Assembly: GCA_950097015.1 (NCBI GenBank)
Contig: CATNEN010000032.1
Coordinates: forward strand, 682,001-746,000
Direction of reading: 5' to 3'
DNA from: Macrostomum hystrix
Lineage: Eukaryota; Animalia; Platyhelminthes
DNA: 64,000 bases
Position numbers and translations under genes: made by a program. Below are positions 62,710 through 64,000 of this stretch, one piece after another. The number at the start of each line of letters is the position of its first letter. Position 1 is the first letter of the stretch. The notes beneath the pieces are model-generated. The model had not been told where the DNA came from, made no database searches, and was given only the letters and a program-made list of their open reading frames with translations.

Positions 62710-63325
62710 CTGCGGGAATCGAGCGGGAATGTGAGCCAGCGGAATTTTTCCAATTTTTAGTAGCCAAATAATCGCGACCCACATAGCAGCTGGCCGCAGA
62801 CCACAATCATTAATCTTAGGGCCGGGCTTGGGGCGGAGGTGAATTAAGTAGCCGCCGATTCCCCTTGCCTCGGATCTGTCTAGTCTCCTGTAGAAGTGAC
62901 TGATCGCGGCCATAGCAATACTGTATGGACTAGTTTAGGTCATAATTCCCCTCCAAACCGCGATCAGATTGTAGGGATCACTCATGCGTCTAGAGTGAGC
63001 ATTAATTCTTCATGTCCCCTTTTCTTTACTGTAACCCGAGCCGAAGCTCGATTATGACCTTTCCCCCTTTAGATACATGTAACGACACTATAGGCAGGTC
63101 GGCGCCTGCGCTTCCCATATCCCGGCGGGATCACAATCATTGGCCGACTGCCGGCAGACGCTCCTAGTGGGGCATCTGGCGATTCTCGCCGCCGCTTCGG
63201 TGGGCAATTGGGGTGGCATAATGCCGACCCGATTCCTCGCTGACAGGCTGGCGAGCATGTGGGTTGCTTTGATGAATGCGGGGTTGACGGAGCTGCAGGA
63301 CTATTTAAGAAAGCGCGCTGCGCTG
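62710..63325. repeat. Dispersed structured repeat, copy 2
   Basis: Homologous to 51765-52378. Confidence 0.85.
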
Positions 63326-64000
63326 CCCCTAGGACAACCTTCCTCCCTTTCAACCTTTTTCCCTGGCTTCCACAAGCCTCCCTGCGAACCTCCCTTTGGA
63401 CCTTCTTCCCCTGTCCGGTCCCGGAACTCGGTTCGTGGACTCTCCCCCTTCTAGTCTAGCACTTAGCCCCTGAGCCTAAAGGCTCCAGAGCATAACTACA
63501 GGTAAATACCTGTTAGATCCCGCAAGCATAAGCCACCTCCTTGGGTGAGCTCCAATTGAGCATCGAGCTCCTTGCAGCCTGGCCCCTTGCCAGCTGTGTT
63601 TAGCAACTCCCTGTCTCGTTCCCCCTTTTATTTGCCCATCCCTGCGAGAGCGACGGCCTGCAGCAAAGTCAGCCAGCATCAGATAAGTAACCCGCGCAGC
63701 GGACACTAATTGTTATCCCTAAGGGATTTATTATTTAGCTAGTGGGGCAATCTGGGCAAGGGCGGTGTTTTAGCCTAATAAACTATTCATTACCAATATG
63801 CCAAACCTTAATAATTAGGCCAATTTAATAACAACCAAACCTTTTTATCATGCTATTCTCTTCTCTTTATTTTATCGTTAGACAGCCTTCAATCATGAGT
63901 GGCTAACTCATTAGGGGGTGGGCTCTGGTGATGCCTAGCTGAAAGCTGCGGCAGGAGGACAACTGTGAGCGCGCATGAGAGTAATAAGGAGCTAGGGATT

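Noticed and set aside
62602-62913. Penelope GIY-YIG endonuclease
   Set aside because: The SRIARHC and IND.G-like motifs are in the wrong order, there is no GIY/YIG or RT, and copy 1 has stops.
62710-63325. Identification of the structured repeat as RNase P/MRP, group I intron or hammerhead
   Set aside because: GGAAAGGUC/AAUUAUGACCUA resembles P4, but the spacing (~115 nt) looks too short. The GACUA-like word is absent in copy 1, and no CUGAUGA..GAAA core was found.

Overview
Eukaryotic (animal) genomic DNA, not prokaryotic: GC-rich spliced exons sit in AT-rich, minisatellite- and transposon-dense sequence. The style is compatible with a flatworm such as Macrostomum, but that is inference only. 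Host genes: a tRNA-Lys(CTT); two tandem 3-exon DNase II paralogues on +, each predicted to end in a transmembrane helix plus a terminal GYxx-hydrophobic (LAMP-type) lysosomal sorting motif; a 5'-incomplete COP9 signalosome subunit 7 gene on -; and katanin p80 (KATNB1, six exons found) on -. Most of 26-64 kb is nested mobile DNA: Merlin, piggyBac-, Harbinger- and ISL2EU-like MITEs, a PHD-MULE, RTE-like and RNase H-bearing LINE fragments, a 9.77-kb CACTA/EnSpm element that splits a LINE RNase H exactly at its SDS motif, a hAT with a perfect 8-bp TSD, and a zinc-finger tyrosine recombinase pseudogene of unclear element class. Two diverged copies of a ~600-bp repeat retain a set of helices, including a predicted pseudoknot. 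Best leads: the membrane-anchored DNase II pair, the conserved structured repeat, and the orphan tyrosine recombinase. All alignments, splice models and pairings were done by eye; nothing was computed or searched.
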